From contig JAYVOP010000169.1 in NCBI GenBank assembly GCA_043757865.1, forward strand, positions 628 through 64,627: a DNA stretch of 64,000 nucleotides. Direction: 5' to 3'. The stretch is from Verrucomicrobiales bacterium (GTDB lineage: Bacteria > Verrucomicrobiota > Verrucomicrobiia > Verrucomicrobiales > V1-33). The notes below the pieces were generated by a model. That model was not told where the DNA came from. It made no database searches and was given only the letters and a program-made list of their open reading frames with translations. Below, piece after piece: positions 1 through 9,024 of the stretch; the stretch's first letter is position 1, and the number at the start of each line of letters is the position of its first letter. The position numbers and the translations under genes were made by a program.

Positions 1-1992
1 CGCAGCGGGGCACCACGGTTGCCGGGTTAGCTCGCACACCGCCGCCACCTCCAAGCGCGTGCGCACCTCGCGTCGCGCGGCCATGGCCTCGGTGGCTAAG
101 GTGCGGAATTGCCCCCGTGCCCAGTCTGCGGTGGCCGTCTCGGGCGGCTCTGGCGCGGCAAAACTCACGCTCACATGAGAGGAATACGACTTGGGCCATT
201 TCGTGAAATAGCGCCCCCGTTCAAACGACAGCACGCTGCCCCACAAGCCGTCTAGATGCACCGGAATCACGGGCGCATGACTGCGGCGGGCGATCAGCTC
301 GAAGCCTTTGCGGATCTCATTCATCACCCCCGTTCGTGTGATCTGCCCCTCTGGGAAAATGCACACCAGATCCCCGCCCGCCACGGCCTCCGCCACGCTG
401 AGGATGGCGTCCTTCGCCCGCGTGGGGCTTACCGCCACGACATCGAACAAGGTCAGGAAGGGGCCGATGAAGCGCATTTTATGAAACTGATCCGAGGCAA
501 TAAAACGCACCTTCCGCTCACACGCCGCCGAGACGATGAAGGCATCTAAATAGCTGACATGATTAGCAATAAGCAACGCCCCGCCCGTCTTGGGAATGCG
601 CTCACCGTGCTGCACCCGCACGCGGTAGAACAGCTTGATAAGTGCCAGACAAACGAAGCGCAGGAAATTCTGCGGAATGATGCGCACCACGTAAATGGCC
701 GTGGCTAAACAGAGCACCCCTAACAGCACAAACTGGAGCCGCACCCCGGCCCGCCCGGTCAGTCCTAACGAGAGGAAACCATATTGCACAATGATGCCGA
801 AGAACATCCCCAACGAGTCCATCAATCCCGATGCCGCCAACTGCCGCCCCCGCTTGGCAGGCTCCACAAGGTCTTGTAAATAAGCATTCAGCGGCACCAG
901 AAACACCGCACTGCTCACCCCCATCCAGAACATCAGCGCATTAAACACCCACCCGCCTAACGCGATAAAAGGCACCGCCACCGCCACCGATCCTAACGCC
1001 ATCCCCAGCCCGCCCAGCGGCACCAGCGCCAGTTCAATCCGGTTCGATGACACCAGCCCCACGAGCACGCTGCCCACCGCAATTCCCAACCCCACCCAGA
1101 CCATGAGAAAGCCGCTCAACTCCGCCTGCGCAGCGCGGTCATCCGTCATCGTTTGCGCCACTTGCACGAGCATCAACGCAGAGATGGTGGCGCTGAACCA
1201 GAAAAACGCCACCCCGAACGAGGTCAGCCGCAGCGTGCGATCTTTCAGCAGATCCTTCAGATAGAAAAAGTGTTCCCAGAGCAGGCTCCAGCGCATCTTT
1301 TCCTGACTATGGGAGGGCGTGCGCCTAACCCGCGTGGACAACAACACAGGCACCAAGGCCGCAAACGACAGGAACAACGCTGGCCAAAAGGCGGCTAGGT
1401 GCGGCGCATCCTGATGACTATGCGCCATCCATTTAAATAACGCCCCGCCGAACCACGGCCCCGCTACGATGGCCACCAGCCCCGTCGCCTGCACCCAGCT
1501 ATTCGCCCAGCTCAGTTGCTTTTCCCCTACCAACTCTTTCACGATGCCGCCTTTAGCCGTGCTAAAAAACGTGGCCTGCGTGGCCAACACAAAGAACACC
1601 CCCGTGGCCATCCAGAACCAGTTCATGTAAAAACTAAACGCGATAGCCGCCATGCCCGCACATTGCGCCACCGAGCACCAGAACAAGACGGACTGCTTGG
1701 AATAACGATCCGCCACCCAGCCTGCCAGCGGCATAAACAGGATCAGTGGCAGCGCTAGCAACATGGCTCCCACGTGCGCATACGCCTCCCGCTGGGAGTG
1801 ATTCAGTGCGGGAATCACCTGCGCTAGCCCTAGCAACACATACTGAGCGATCTTGTCATTCAGCGCATTCTGACACTGAATGGCCACCACCTTCCACAAC
1901 GAGGGGCGGCACGGGGCTTCCTCGTCATGGACGACCATGGGATCATTATATAAAGGAGGCACCTCGATAGGCGCGGAAGATTCCTGACTCAT
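1..1992 (-). CDS. MFS transporter fused to a PlsC-type acyltransferase (LplT/Aas-like lysophospholipid transporter-acyltransferase); the C-terminal end runs off the window
   Basis: This gene is absent from the ORF track because it has no in-window stop. Reverse translation from the ATG (rc of 1990-1992) gives MSQESSAPIEVPPLYNDP...NALNDKIAQYVLLGLAQ...ADRYSKQSVLFW, followed by hydrophobic MFS-like segments. At about 250-620 it reads ...GGALLIANHVSYLDAFIV...VCIFPEGQITRTG..., which carries the HX4D and FPEG acyltransferase motifs. The + strand ORFs at 256-1970 are antisense artefacts. Confidence 0.75.
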   Translation of the reverse strand, partial: MSQESSAPIEVPPLYNDPMVVHDEEAPCRPSLWKVVAIQCQNALNDKIAQYVLLGLAQVIPALNHSQREAYAHVGAMLLALPLILFMPLAGWVADRYSKQSVLFWCSVAQCAGMAAIAFSFYMNWFWMATGVFFVLATQATFFSTAKGGIVKELVGEKQLSWANSWVQATGLVAIVAGPWFGGALFKWMAHSHQDAPHLAAFWPALFLSFAALVPVLLSTRVRRTPSHSQEKMRWSLLWEHFFYLKDLLKDRTLRLTSFGVAFFWFSATISALMLVQVAQTMTDDRAAQAELSGFLMVWVGLGIAVGSVLVGLVSSNRIELALVPLGGLGMALGSVAVAVPFIALGGWVFNALMFWMGVSSAVFLVPLNAYLQDLVEPAKRGRQLAASGLMDSLGMFFGIIVQYGFLSLGLTGRAGVRLQFVLLGVLCLATAIYVVRIIPQNFLRFVCLALIKLFYRVRVQHGERIPKTGGALLIANHVSYLDAFIVSAACERKVRFIASDQFHKMRFIGPFLTLFDVVAVSPTRAKDAILSVAEAVAGGDLVCIFPEGQITRTGVMNEIRKGFELIARRSHAPVIPVHLDGLWGSVLSFERGRYFTKWPKSYSSHVSVSFAAPEPPETATADWARGQFRTLATEAMAARREVRTRLEVAAVCELTRQPWCPAA

Positions 1993-2162
1993 TGTGCGCA
2001 CCATAGGCGAGACCCGAGCAAAGTTTCAATCAGCAATTTCCTGCCTGCTGCCACCCGCTCTTTTTAAGAAAAATCTCCACACCGCGAAATAAACTGGAAA
2101 TTTCTCTCGTTTATCGTAACGTCATCCAGACATTTAATAAAAATTAACAAAACATCCCATCA

Positions 2163-2939
2163 ATGAAAGCCATTCTATTCTCCCTGCTAGCCATCTTCTT
2201 GCTAGCCACCGCCGCTCCCGTCCACGCCACGGGATTGATCTTGCCCATTTATGGGAACACCACCGCTCAATTCAACGCCGCCATCGAAGCCGCCAAGGTT
2301 GTGCCCGTCATCGCAGTGATTAATCCTGACGACGGTCCCGGCTGGAGGAAAGATAATTTCATCGCTGGCAAGGTGGCCGCCCTCAAGGCCGCCGGGGCGA
2401 AGATCGCAGGCTACATTGCCACGGAATACACTAGCCTTAGTCTCTCTGATGCCAAGGCGGCCATGGACAGCTATATCAAGTGGTATGGTGTCAATGGCTT
2501 CTTCCTCGACGAGATGTCTGACTCTCCTGGCAAGGTGAACTACTACCGCAGCATCAAGGGTTACGCCGCTGGCAAGGGCCGCAGCATCGTAGGCAACCCT
2601 GGCACCAAGGCCCCCGCCGCTCTAGCCAATGTCACAGATGTGGTCATCAACTATGAAGACCCCTACTCCCGTGGCTTCGGGGGCTTCGTCCAGCCATCGT
2701 GGGCGGCGGCAGTGCCAGCCACACGTTGTGGGGCCATCGTTTACAGCGCGGGGGGAAATCTCATGACCGCCATCATTGATCGCGCCATCACTCAGCGTTG
2801 CGGCTGGATCTACGTCACCGATAAAAATGAGCCCGATCCCTTTGGCTCCATGGCTTCCTATCTGGCTACGGAAGTGGCTTATTTAAAGTCGAAGAACACC
2901 CCAGTTCCCCCAGCTCCAGTCGTCGCTCCTGCGAAATAA
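2163..2939 (+). CDS. Secreted spherulation-specific family 4 (Sph3/GH135-like) protein
   Basis: The N-terminus is a signal peptide (MKAILFSLLAIFLLATAAPVHA). It is followed by LILPIYGN...VIAVINPDDGPG...GYIATEYTS...GVNGFFLDEM, the pattern I associate with spherulin-4 / GH135 (beta/alpha) barrel proteins. The upstream region is AT-rich and promoter-like. Confidence 0.6.
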   Translation: MKAILFSLLAIFLLATAAPVHATGLILPIYGNTTAQFNAAIEAAKVVPVIAVINPDDGPGWRKDNFIAGKVAALKAAGAKIAGYIATEYTSLSLSDAKAAMDSYIKWYGVNGFFLDEMSDSPGKVNYYRSIKGYAAGKGRSIVGNPGTKAPAALANVTDVVINYEDPYSRGFGGFVQPSWAAAVPATRCGAIVYSAGGNLMTAIIDRAITQRCGWIYVTDKNEPDPFGSMASYLATEVAYLKSKNTPVPPAPVVAPAK

Positions 2940-2946
2940 GGCCGTC

Positions 2947-4629
2947 CTAACGCTGCCGCTCGCGGATCTCTAACAGCCGCTTCATCACGTGCTGCAAGGT
3001 GCTCGTAACGCTGGTGCCCAGCGCATCGTGAAGCGAGAGATACAGCGTGTAAAGTTCTGCATAGACCGCAGCGTGCTGGGGGTTGGGCGTATAGACCCGC
3101 TCCCGCACGCTGCTGAGTTTGGCCTGCCCTGCCGCCACGTTAGGGTAATAGCCCGCCGCCACGGCGGCCATCAAGGCGGCTCCCAACGCACAGGTTTGCT
3201 CGCTGGTGGAGACTTTCATCGGACGATTTAGCACGTCTGCATAGATCTGCATCAGCGTGGCATTCTTCACGGCTAGCCCACCGGTGTTGACGACTTGCGC
3301 TACCTGCACCCCGTATTTTTCGAGCCGATTAATGATCGTCAGTGCCCCGAACGCCGTGGCCTCGATCAGCGCGCGGTAAATCTCATGCGCCTCCGTGTGC
3401 AGCGTTTGCCCGAGCAGCAAACCCGTTAGCCGTGTATCCACCAGCACCGTGCGATTCCCATTATTCCAGTCCAGCGCTAGCAATCCTGTAGCTCCAGGAT
3501 TCAGCGGTGCTAAAGCCTTTTCCATGGCGGTAAATTTGGCCTCCACACTGTCTCCGTAGCTAACGGGTACCAAGTGATTGACGAACCACAGGAAAATATC
3601 TCCCACCGCGCTCTGGCCCGCCTCCAGGCCGTAATAGCCGGGCATCACAGAGCCATCCACGATGCCGCAGAGGCCGGGAATGTCTGGCAGCGCAGTGGTG
3701 TTAGGAGCCACCATGAGATCACACGTGCTGGTCCCGAGAATTTTCACTAACGTGCCCGGCCCCACCCCCGCGCCCACGGCTCCCAAGTGCGCATCGAACG
3801 CGCCCACGGCCACCGTCACGCCCCCATGCAGCCCTAGCTTGGCGGCCCAGGCAGCGGTCAATTTCCCCGCTGGCACATTTGCCGTGTAGGCCACGTCGAA
3901 TAGCCGCCCACGCAACTCGGCCAACGCGGGATCTAGCTTGCCGAGAAATTCTGCGGCGGGCAGCCCCCCCCAACTCGCATGAAACATAGCCTTATGCCCG
4001 GCGGCACAGATGCTGCGCTTCACCAACTCTGGCCGCGTGGTGCCCGTGAGCACGGCGGGGATCCAGTCACAGTGCTCCACGAAACTATACGCGGCTGCGA
4101 AGACATCCGGGGCCACCCGCCGTAGCCGCAGAATCTTGCTCCACCACCATTCCGAAGAGTAAATGCCGCCGCATTTTGCCAAATATTCCGGATGCTCCCG
4201 CTCGGCTAGAGCCGTGATCTCCGCCGCCTCTGCATGGCCCGTATGGTCCTTCCACAGCCACACCTGGGCGTTTAGATTCCCCTGCCACTCCGGCAGTAAT
4301 CCTAGCGGTGTGCCCGCCGCATCCACGGGAATCGGCGTACTGCCCGTGGTATCGATCCCAATGCCCACCACTTGGCTAGGGGCAAAGTCCGCTCGCAACG
4401 CGTGGGCTTGGCCTAACACGGACGTAATCGTGGCCACCAAGCCGTCCAAATAGTCCTGCGGGTTCTGCCGAGCCACGTTAGGATCAGCCGGGTCTAGCAA
4501 GATCCCCATTTCCCCACTGGGGTAAGGGAAGACCTGCGCGGCCACCTCCTCACTGGTCGTTAAATCAACGAGGAGCGCGCGACAGGAGTTCGTGCCGTAA
4601 TCAAGACCGATGGCGTAAGTAGAATGCAT
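2947..4629 (-). CDS. araB: Ribulokinase (FGGY carbohydrate kinase family)
   Basis: The protein is 560 aa. The N-terminus YAIGLDYGTNSCRALLVDL is an FGGY motif. The length and overall pattern match AraB-type ribulokinases. Confidence 0.8.
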   Translation of the reverse strand: MHSTYAIGLDYGTNSCRALLVDLTTSEEVAAQVFPYPSGEMGILLDPADPNVARQNPQDYLDGLVATITSVLGQAHALRADFAPSQVVGIGIDTTGSTPIPVDAAGTPLGLLPEWQGNLNAQVWLWKDHTGHAEAAEITALAEREHPEYLAKCGGIYSSEWWWSKILRLRRVAPDVFAAAYSFVEHCDWIPAVLTGTTRPELVKRSICAAGHKAMFHASWGGLPAAEFLGKLDPALAELRGRLFDVAYTANVPAGKLTAAWAAKLGLHGGVTVAVGAFDAHLGAVGAGVGPGTLVKILGTSTCDLMVAPNTTALPDIPGLCGIVDGSVMPGYYGLEAGQSAVGDIFLWFVNHLVPVSYGDSVEAKFTAMEKALAPLNPGATGLLALDWNNGNRTVLVDTRLTGLLLGQTLHTEAHEIYRALIEATAFGALTIINRLEKYGVQVAQVVNTGGLAVKNATLMQIYADVLNRPMKVSTSEQTCALGAALMAAVAAGYYPNVAAGQAKLSSVRERVYTPNPQHAAVYAELYTLYLSLHDALGTSVTSTLQHVMKRLLEIRERQR

Positions 4630-4647
4630 AAGTTAGTAGGGGGGAAG

Positions 4648-5763
4648 TTAGCGTGGCCAGTCCGGTAGCTTGCTCAGGGCAGCCACCACCGCCGCCGCAG
4701 GAGCCACCACGGGCTGCAGGAGCGCATAGACACGCTTCCGCACCTCCGGCGGCACGGCTTGCCACGTGGGCGTGAGGAGCAGATAACTGCAAGGATATTT
4801 AAAGATCCGCGTCCGCAGATCGAACTCCCGCAGCACGTTAGGCACCGCTTGGAAATCGTGGATAAATGCCGCCTCTCCCACCACGCCAGCGGGCGGCAGC
4901 TTGGCCTCATTTTTAAAGAGAATGTAGTCCGCAAAATTTTGCGCCAGGGCGTCTAGCTTCGCCTCATCCGGCTCCCGCGCTTGGTAAATAGCTTCGACCA
5001 CACGATTGATGAACCCCACCTGATGTTCATGCACGAGTTGCGGCAGGATGTCGCTCGTCGGCAGCAGGTAGCGCTGGAGGTTGAAGAGCGCGCCCGGCGG
5101 ATTGGCCGTGTGCGTTAGCTTATCCCCCTCCAACGTGGACACCAGATTCGCGTGAGTGTTAGTCAAATGATGCCCGCCCGTCAAATGCCAGCCGCCAAAG
5201 CGTTGGTCCAGCGGTACCGTGTGGCCATTTTCCCCATGATGATAGGTGGAAAGCGGACCGCCGGAATGATTCACAGAAATAGACTCCACCACTAACCCTG
5301 GCAGGTTTTTGCTCGGCGTATCGGCATGGCAGTTCAGGCATTTATCCGAGCGAACATAACGCGGCAAGGCTCCTCCAGGGCTCAGGCGATCAAAGATGTA
5401 GTAAACCATCCCCGCCTCCGCATCCAGACTAGCCACCTCCAGCCGCCCGCCCGGAATGTAGCCCACGGAGGTCTCGCTATTATAATAAAGCGCGCGCGGA
5501 TTATGCGGATTGATGATCCCGCTCTGGAGACTGGTGGCACTGTAAACCAACATCTGCGTGGACACTGGGATCTCTAGCAACTTCAGCAAACTGCGCAGCA
5601 ACGGCAGCTCCCCGCTCACGTCCAGCTTCGGCCCCTCCGCCATGGCCTTAGCAAAGCGATCTTGCGGCATCCGCTGCCAATAATGATGCGGCTCAGCCGT
5701 GTAATCCAGGGGCGGCGGAGCCGCTCCGGCAATCACACGCAGAAGGCTGAAGAGCAGGAACAT
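4648..5763 (-). CDS. Secreted hypothetical protein with a single CXXCH heme-binding motif
   Basis: I trimmed the start to the ATG at 5763 (MFLLFSLLRVIAGAAPPP, signal-like). The longer 486-aa ORF would overlap the divergent aguB gene. The protein contains DKCLNCHAD (CXXCH). I did not recognise a family. Confidence 0.5.
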   Translation of the reverse strand: MFLLFSLLRVIAGAAPPPLDYTAEPHHYWQRMPQDRFAKAMAEGPKLDVSGELPLLRSLLKLLEIPVSTQMLVYSATSLQSGIINPHNPRALYYNSETSVGYIPGGRLEVASLDAEAGMVYYIFDRLSPGGALPRYVRSDKCLNCHADTPSKNLPGLVVESISVNHSGGPLSTYHHGENGHTVPLDQRFGGWHLTGGHHLTNTHANLVSTLEGDKLTHTANPPGALFNLQRYLLPTSDILPQLVHEHQVGFINRVVEAIYQAREPDEAKLDALAQNFADYILFKNEAKLPPAGVVGEAAFIHDFQAVPNVLREFDLRTRIFKYPCSYLLLTPTWQAVPPEVRKRVYALLQPVVAPAAAVVAALSKLPDWPR

Positions 5764-5904
5764 AAAACAAGAAAAAGGCCGGAACACGTGCCACCCAAGG
5801 CGAGTCTCCCCCACCCTGGCAAGCTGGAAAATGCGGCTCCTGGCCAGGAGCGCAGCCGTGCTATTGCGGCTTGCATGGACGGACGCACGGCGTTGAATGC
5901 AGAC

Positions 5905-6819
5905 ATGGCTCAGCATCCTCATTCCCCTCCTCATTCCCCACTCACGCAAATTAAACTCGGACTCGTGCAGACCGCCTGCACGGCTGACGTGGCGGCCAAC
6001 GTGGAGCAGACGGAAGCCCACATCCGCCACGCTGCGCAGCAAGGCGCTAACATCGTTTGTCTCCAAGAGTTGTTTGCCAGCCTCTACTTCTGTCAGGCAG
6101 AAAAGCACGACTACTTCGCGCTGGCGGAGCCCCTTTCCGGCCCTACCACGCAGCGGCTAGGCGCGCTGGCGGGAGAGTTAGGGATCGTGCTCATCATCCC
6201 CTTTTTTGAACGACGCGCGGCGGGGCTCTATCATAACTCGGTCGTCGTCTATGATGCGGATGGCTCCCAATTAGGCATTTATCGGAAGATGCATATTCCC
6301 GATGATCCACAGTTTATGGAGAAATTTTATTTCACCCCTGGGGATCTCGGTTTCCGGGCCTGGGACACGAAGTTCGGGCGCATTGGGGTGCTAATCTGCT
6401 GGGATCAATGGTTTCCCGAAGCCGCTAGACTAACCGCTATGCAAGGCGCGGAGATTTTATTTTATCCGACTGCCATCGGCTGGTTGCCAGCGGAAAAGGC
6501 CGAGCATGGTGAGCGGCAATACGCCTCCTGGGAAATCATCCAACGCAGCCACGCGGTGGCCAATGCCTGCTACGTGGCCAGCGTGAATCGCATTGGCTAT
6601 GAAACGCCGGAAGGAGAGCCGGGCATCGAATTCTGGGGCCGCAGTTTTGTGGCGGACCCCAGCGGAGCCTTGCTGGCCCAAGCCTCCACAGATCAACCCG
6701 AGGTGCTCCTCGTCACCGTGGACCGAGCCGCCGTGGAGGCCCAACGCCAAGTGTGGCCCTTCCTGCGGGACCGCCGCATTGATGCCTATGGCGATCTAAC
6801 GCGGCGGTATCTGGACTGA
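5905..6819 (+). CDS. aguB: N-carbamoylputrescine amidase (CN-hydrolase/nitrilase superfamily)
   Basis: The start is trimmed to the ATG at 5905 (MAQHPH...IKLGLVQ). The E-K-C catalytic contexts [28 protein letters not shown] and [13 protein letters not shown] are present, as is the C-terminal [12 protein letters not shown]. This is the typical AguB pattern. Confidence 0.85.
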   Translation: MAQHPHSPPHSPLTQIKLGLVQTACTADVAANVEQTEAHIRHAAQQGANIVCLQELFASLYFCQAEKHDYFALAEPLSGPTTQRLGALAGELGIVLIIPFFERRAAGLYHNSVVVYDADGSQLGIYRKMHIPDDPQFMEKFYFTPGDLGFRAWDTKFGRIGVLICWDQWFPEAARLTAMQGAEILFYPTAIGWLPAEKAEHGERQYASWEIIQRSHAVANACYVASVNRIGYETPEGEPGIEFWGRSFVADPSGALLAQASTDQPEVLLVTVDRAAVEAQRQVWPFLRDRRIDAYGDLTRRYLD

Positions 6820-6998
6820 GGCTGCGCATCGCGCTCGTCGTGGCTTTCGTGCTAGGCTTAGCCCATTTGCCGCCGCCGCATTTTCCGCAGTTGCGCAGTG
6901 GCAGCCGCTCTCTAGTAATCCCGCCTTCGCTACCGACCCCTGGGAAACGGACCGCACCTTTCTTATTTATCCCCCCCACTAACCTTCCCCAAAAATTT

Positions 6999-8978
6999 AT
7001 GAATCACACCATCCTGCAAAAAGCCGCTAACGAAGCCCGTGGACTCGCCATGGATGCCGTTCACAAATGTTCCTCTGGCCACCTGGGCTTGCCGTTAGGC
7101 TCTGCGGAGATCGGAGCAGTGCTCTTTGGCAGCGCGTTGAACTTTGATCCTGCCACGCCTCGGTGGCTGAACCGGGATCGCTTCATTCTCAGCGCGGGTC
7201 ATGGTTCGATGTTTATTTATAGCTGGCTGCACCTCGCAGGCTATAACCTTAGCCTTAAGGAATTGGAAAATTTCCGGGTGCTCCATAGCAAAACGCCGGG
7301 GCATCCTGAGTTCCATGAGACCGAAGGCGTGGAATGCACCACTGGCCCGCTGGGTCAAGGCGTGGGCAATGCCGTGGGCTTCGCGCTCTCTGGCAAGATG
7401 GCCGCTGCTAAATATAACACGGCGGACCACAAAATTTTCGCTAATCACATCGTCGTGCTGGCGGGTGATGGCTGCCTGCAAGAAGGCGTCGCGCGGGAGG
7501 CCGTGGCCTTTGCTGCGCATAACAAACTGGACAATCTGATCCTCATTTACGATTCCAATGACGTGACTCTGGATGCCATGGCGAACCTGACCCAGAGTGG
7601 CGATACCGCTGCGCAATACACCGCGTTAGGCTGGGACGTCATCACCATCAACGGCCATGATCTGGACGCCATTGCCCAAGCCATGGCCCACGCCAAATCG
7701 AGCGCTAACGGCCAGCCGAAACTCATCATCGCCAAGACTATTATCGGCAAAGGCATCCCCGAAGTCGCAGGCACCGCCAAGGGCCATGGCGAAGGTGGGG
7801 CGAAGTTTGTGGATGCGGCTAAGAAAAATCTGGGCATCCCCGAGGGCACCCATTTTCATGTTAGCGATGACGTGCGCGCTTACTTCACCGAGCGCAAGGC
7901 CGCCCATGCCAGTGCTCATGCGGCGTGGGAAACTTCCTTTAAAGCATGGTCCGCTGCGAACCCTAAATTGGCCGCAGAACTAACCGCCGCACAGAGCGGG
8001 AAATTAGAGGCCAACGAGCTGCTAAAGCTGATTCCCGAGTTTGCCCCTGACAGCAAAGCCGCCACGCGCAACAGCGGTGGCGACATCCTGAACCTCATTG
8101 CCAAGGCCGTGCCCCACCTCGTTACCGGCAGCGCGGACTTGTTCGGCTCTACGAAAAACTACCTCAAGGACGGGGGAGATTTTTCTGCCACCAACCACAC
8201 GGGCCGGAACATCTGGTTCGGCATTCGGGAGCACGCCATGGGTGCCATTTGCAACGGCATCGCTTATGATGGGCTGTTCCTAGGCAGCGGGGCCACGTTC
8301 CTGGTCTTCGCGGATTACGCTCGTCCCAGCATCCGCCTCGCAGCCCTAGCCAAACTCCCCGTCACCTACATTTTCACTCACGACAGCGTGGGCGTAGGCG
8401 AGGACGGCCCCACCCATCAACCCGTGGAAACCGTGAGCGGTCTGCGCGTCATTCCCAACTTGGACGTGATCCGCCCGGGTGACTCCGAGGAATGTGCCGC
8501 CGCCTTTGCCGCCGCCTTCAGCCGGGCGGATGGCCCCACGTTGCTGGCCCTCAGCCGCCAAGATTTACCGAACCAAGGAGCCACACCTGCCACTGTCCGG
8601 CGTGAAGGCACACTCAAAGGCGGCTACGTGCTAGTGAAAGAAACGGGCGCGCTGAAGACTATCCTCCTGGCCACGGGCTCTGAACTCCAGCACGCCGTGC
8701 TAGCCGCCGCTAAGTTAGGCGAGGGCGTCCGCGTCGTTTCCCTGCCCTGCTTCGAGCGCTTCGATCGTCAATCCGCTGATTACCGGGAGTCTGTCCTCCC
8801 CGCCGCCTGCACGAACCGTCTGGCCATTGAAGCGGGCGTCAGCGCCCTCTGGTGGAAATACGTCGGCACTGCTGGTCAGGTGTTAGGCATCGACCGTTTT
8901 GGCATCAGCGCCCCTGGCAATCAAGTCATGGCCGAACTGGGCATGACTCCCGAGCACATCGTCAAGGCGCTGAGCTAA
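6999..8978 (+). CDS. tkt: Transketolase
   Basis: The start is trimmed to the ATG at 6999 ([21 protein letters not shown]). The motifs [23 protein letters not shown] and [16 protein letters not shown] (TPP-binding and transketolase signatures) are present. The product is 659 aa. Confidence 0.92.
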   Translation: MNHTILQKAANEARGLAMDAVHKCSSGHLGLPLGSAEIGAVLFGSALNFDPATPRWLNRDRFILSAGHGSMFIYSWLHLAGYNLSLKELENFRVLHSKTPGHPEFHETEGVECTTGPLGQGVGNAVGFALSGKMAAAKYNTADHKIFANHIVVLAGDGCLQEGVAREAVAFAAHNKLDNLILIYDSNDVTLDAMANLTQSGDTAAQYTALGWDVITINGHDLDAIAQAMAHAKSSANGQPKLIIAKTIIGKGIPEVAGTAKGHGEGGAKFVDAAKKNLGIPEGTHFHVSDDVRAYFTERKAAHASAHAAWETSFKAWSAANPKLAAELTAAQSGKLEANELLKLIPEFAPDSKAATRNSGGDILNLIAKAVPHLVTGSADLFGSTKNYLKDGGDFSATNHTGRNIWFGIREHAMGAICNGIAYDGLFLGSGATFLVFADYARPSIRLAALAKLPVTYIFTHDSVGVGEDGPTHQPVETVSGLRVIPNLDVIRPGDSEECAAAFAAAFSRADGPTLLALSRQDLPNQGATPATVRREGTLKGGYVLVKETGALKTILLATGSELQHAVLAAAKLGEGVRVVSLPCFERFDRQSADYRESVLPAACTNRLAIEAGVSALWWKYVGTAGQVLGIDRFGISAPGNQVMAELGMTPEHIVKALS

Positions 8979-9024
8979 ACTTTAGTTTACAAAAGCCTCC
9001 AGGCCGTGCGGAGAAATGCCCTCG

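Noticed and set aside
256-1970. Five plus-strand ORFs of 62-97 aa in the first 2 kb
   Set aside because: They are Arg/Pro/His-rich and low in complexity. They lie antisense to a long uninterrupted minus-strand frame with clear MFS and acyltransferase motifs.
5764-6108. N-terminal 115 aa of the 486-aa minus ORF, and N-terminal 81 aa of the 385-aa plus ORF (mutually overlapping extensions)
   Set aside because: The extensions overlap each other antisense and lack protein-like composition. Internal ATGs at 5763 (signal peptide) and 5905 (alignment-typical AguB N-terminus) give a clean divergent pair.
8979-9024. Bidirectional terminator between the convergent tkt and O-antigen-ligase-like genes
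   Set aside because: Only a 4-bp stem (ctcc...ggag) is visible, with no U or A tracts. That is too weak to call.
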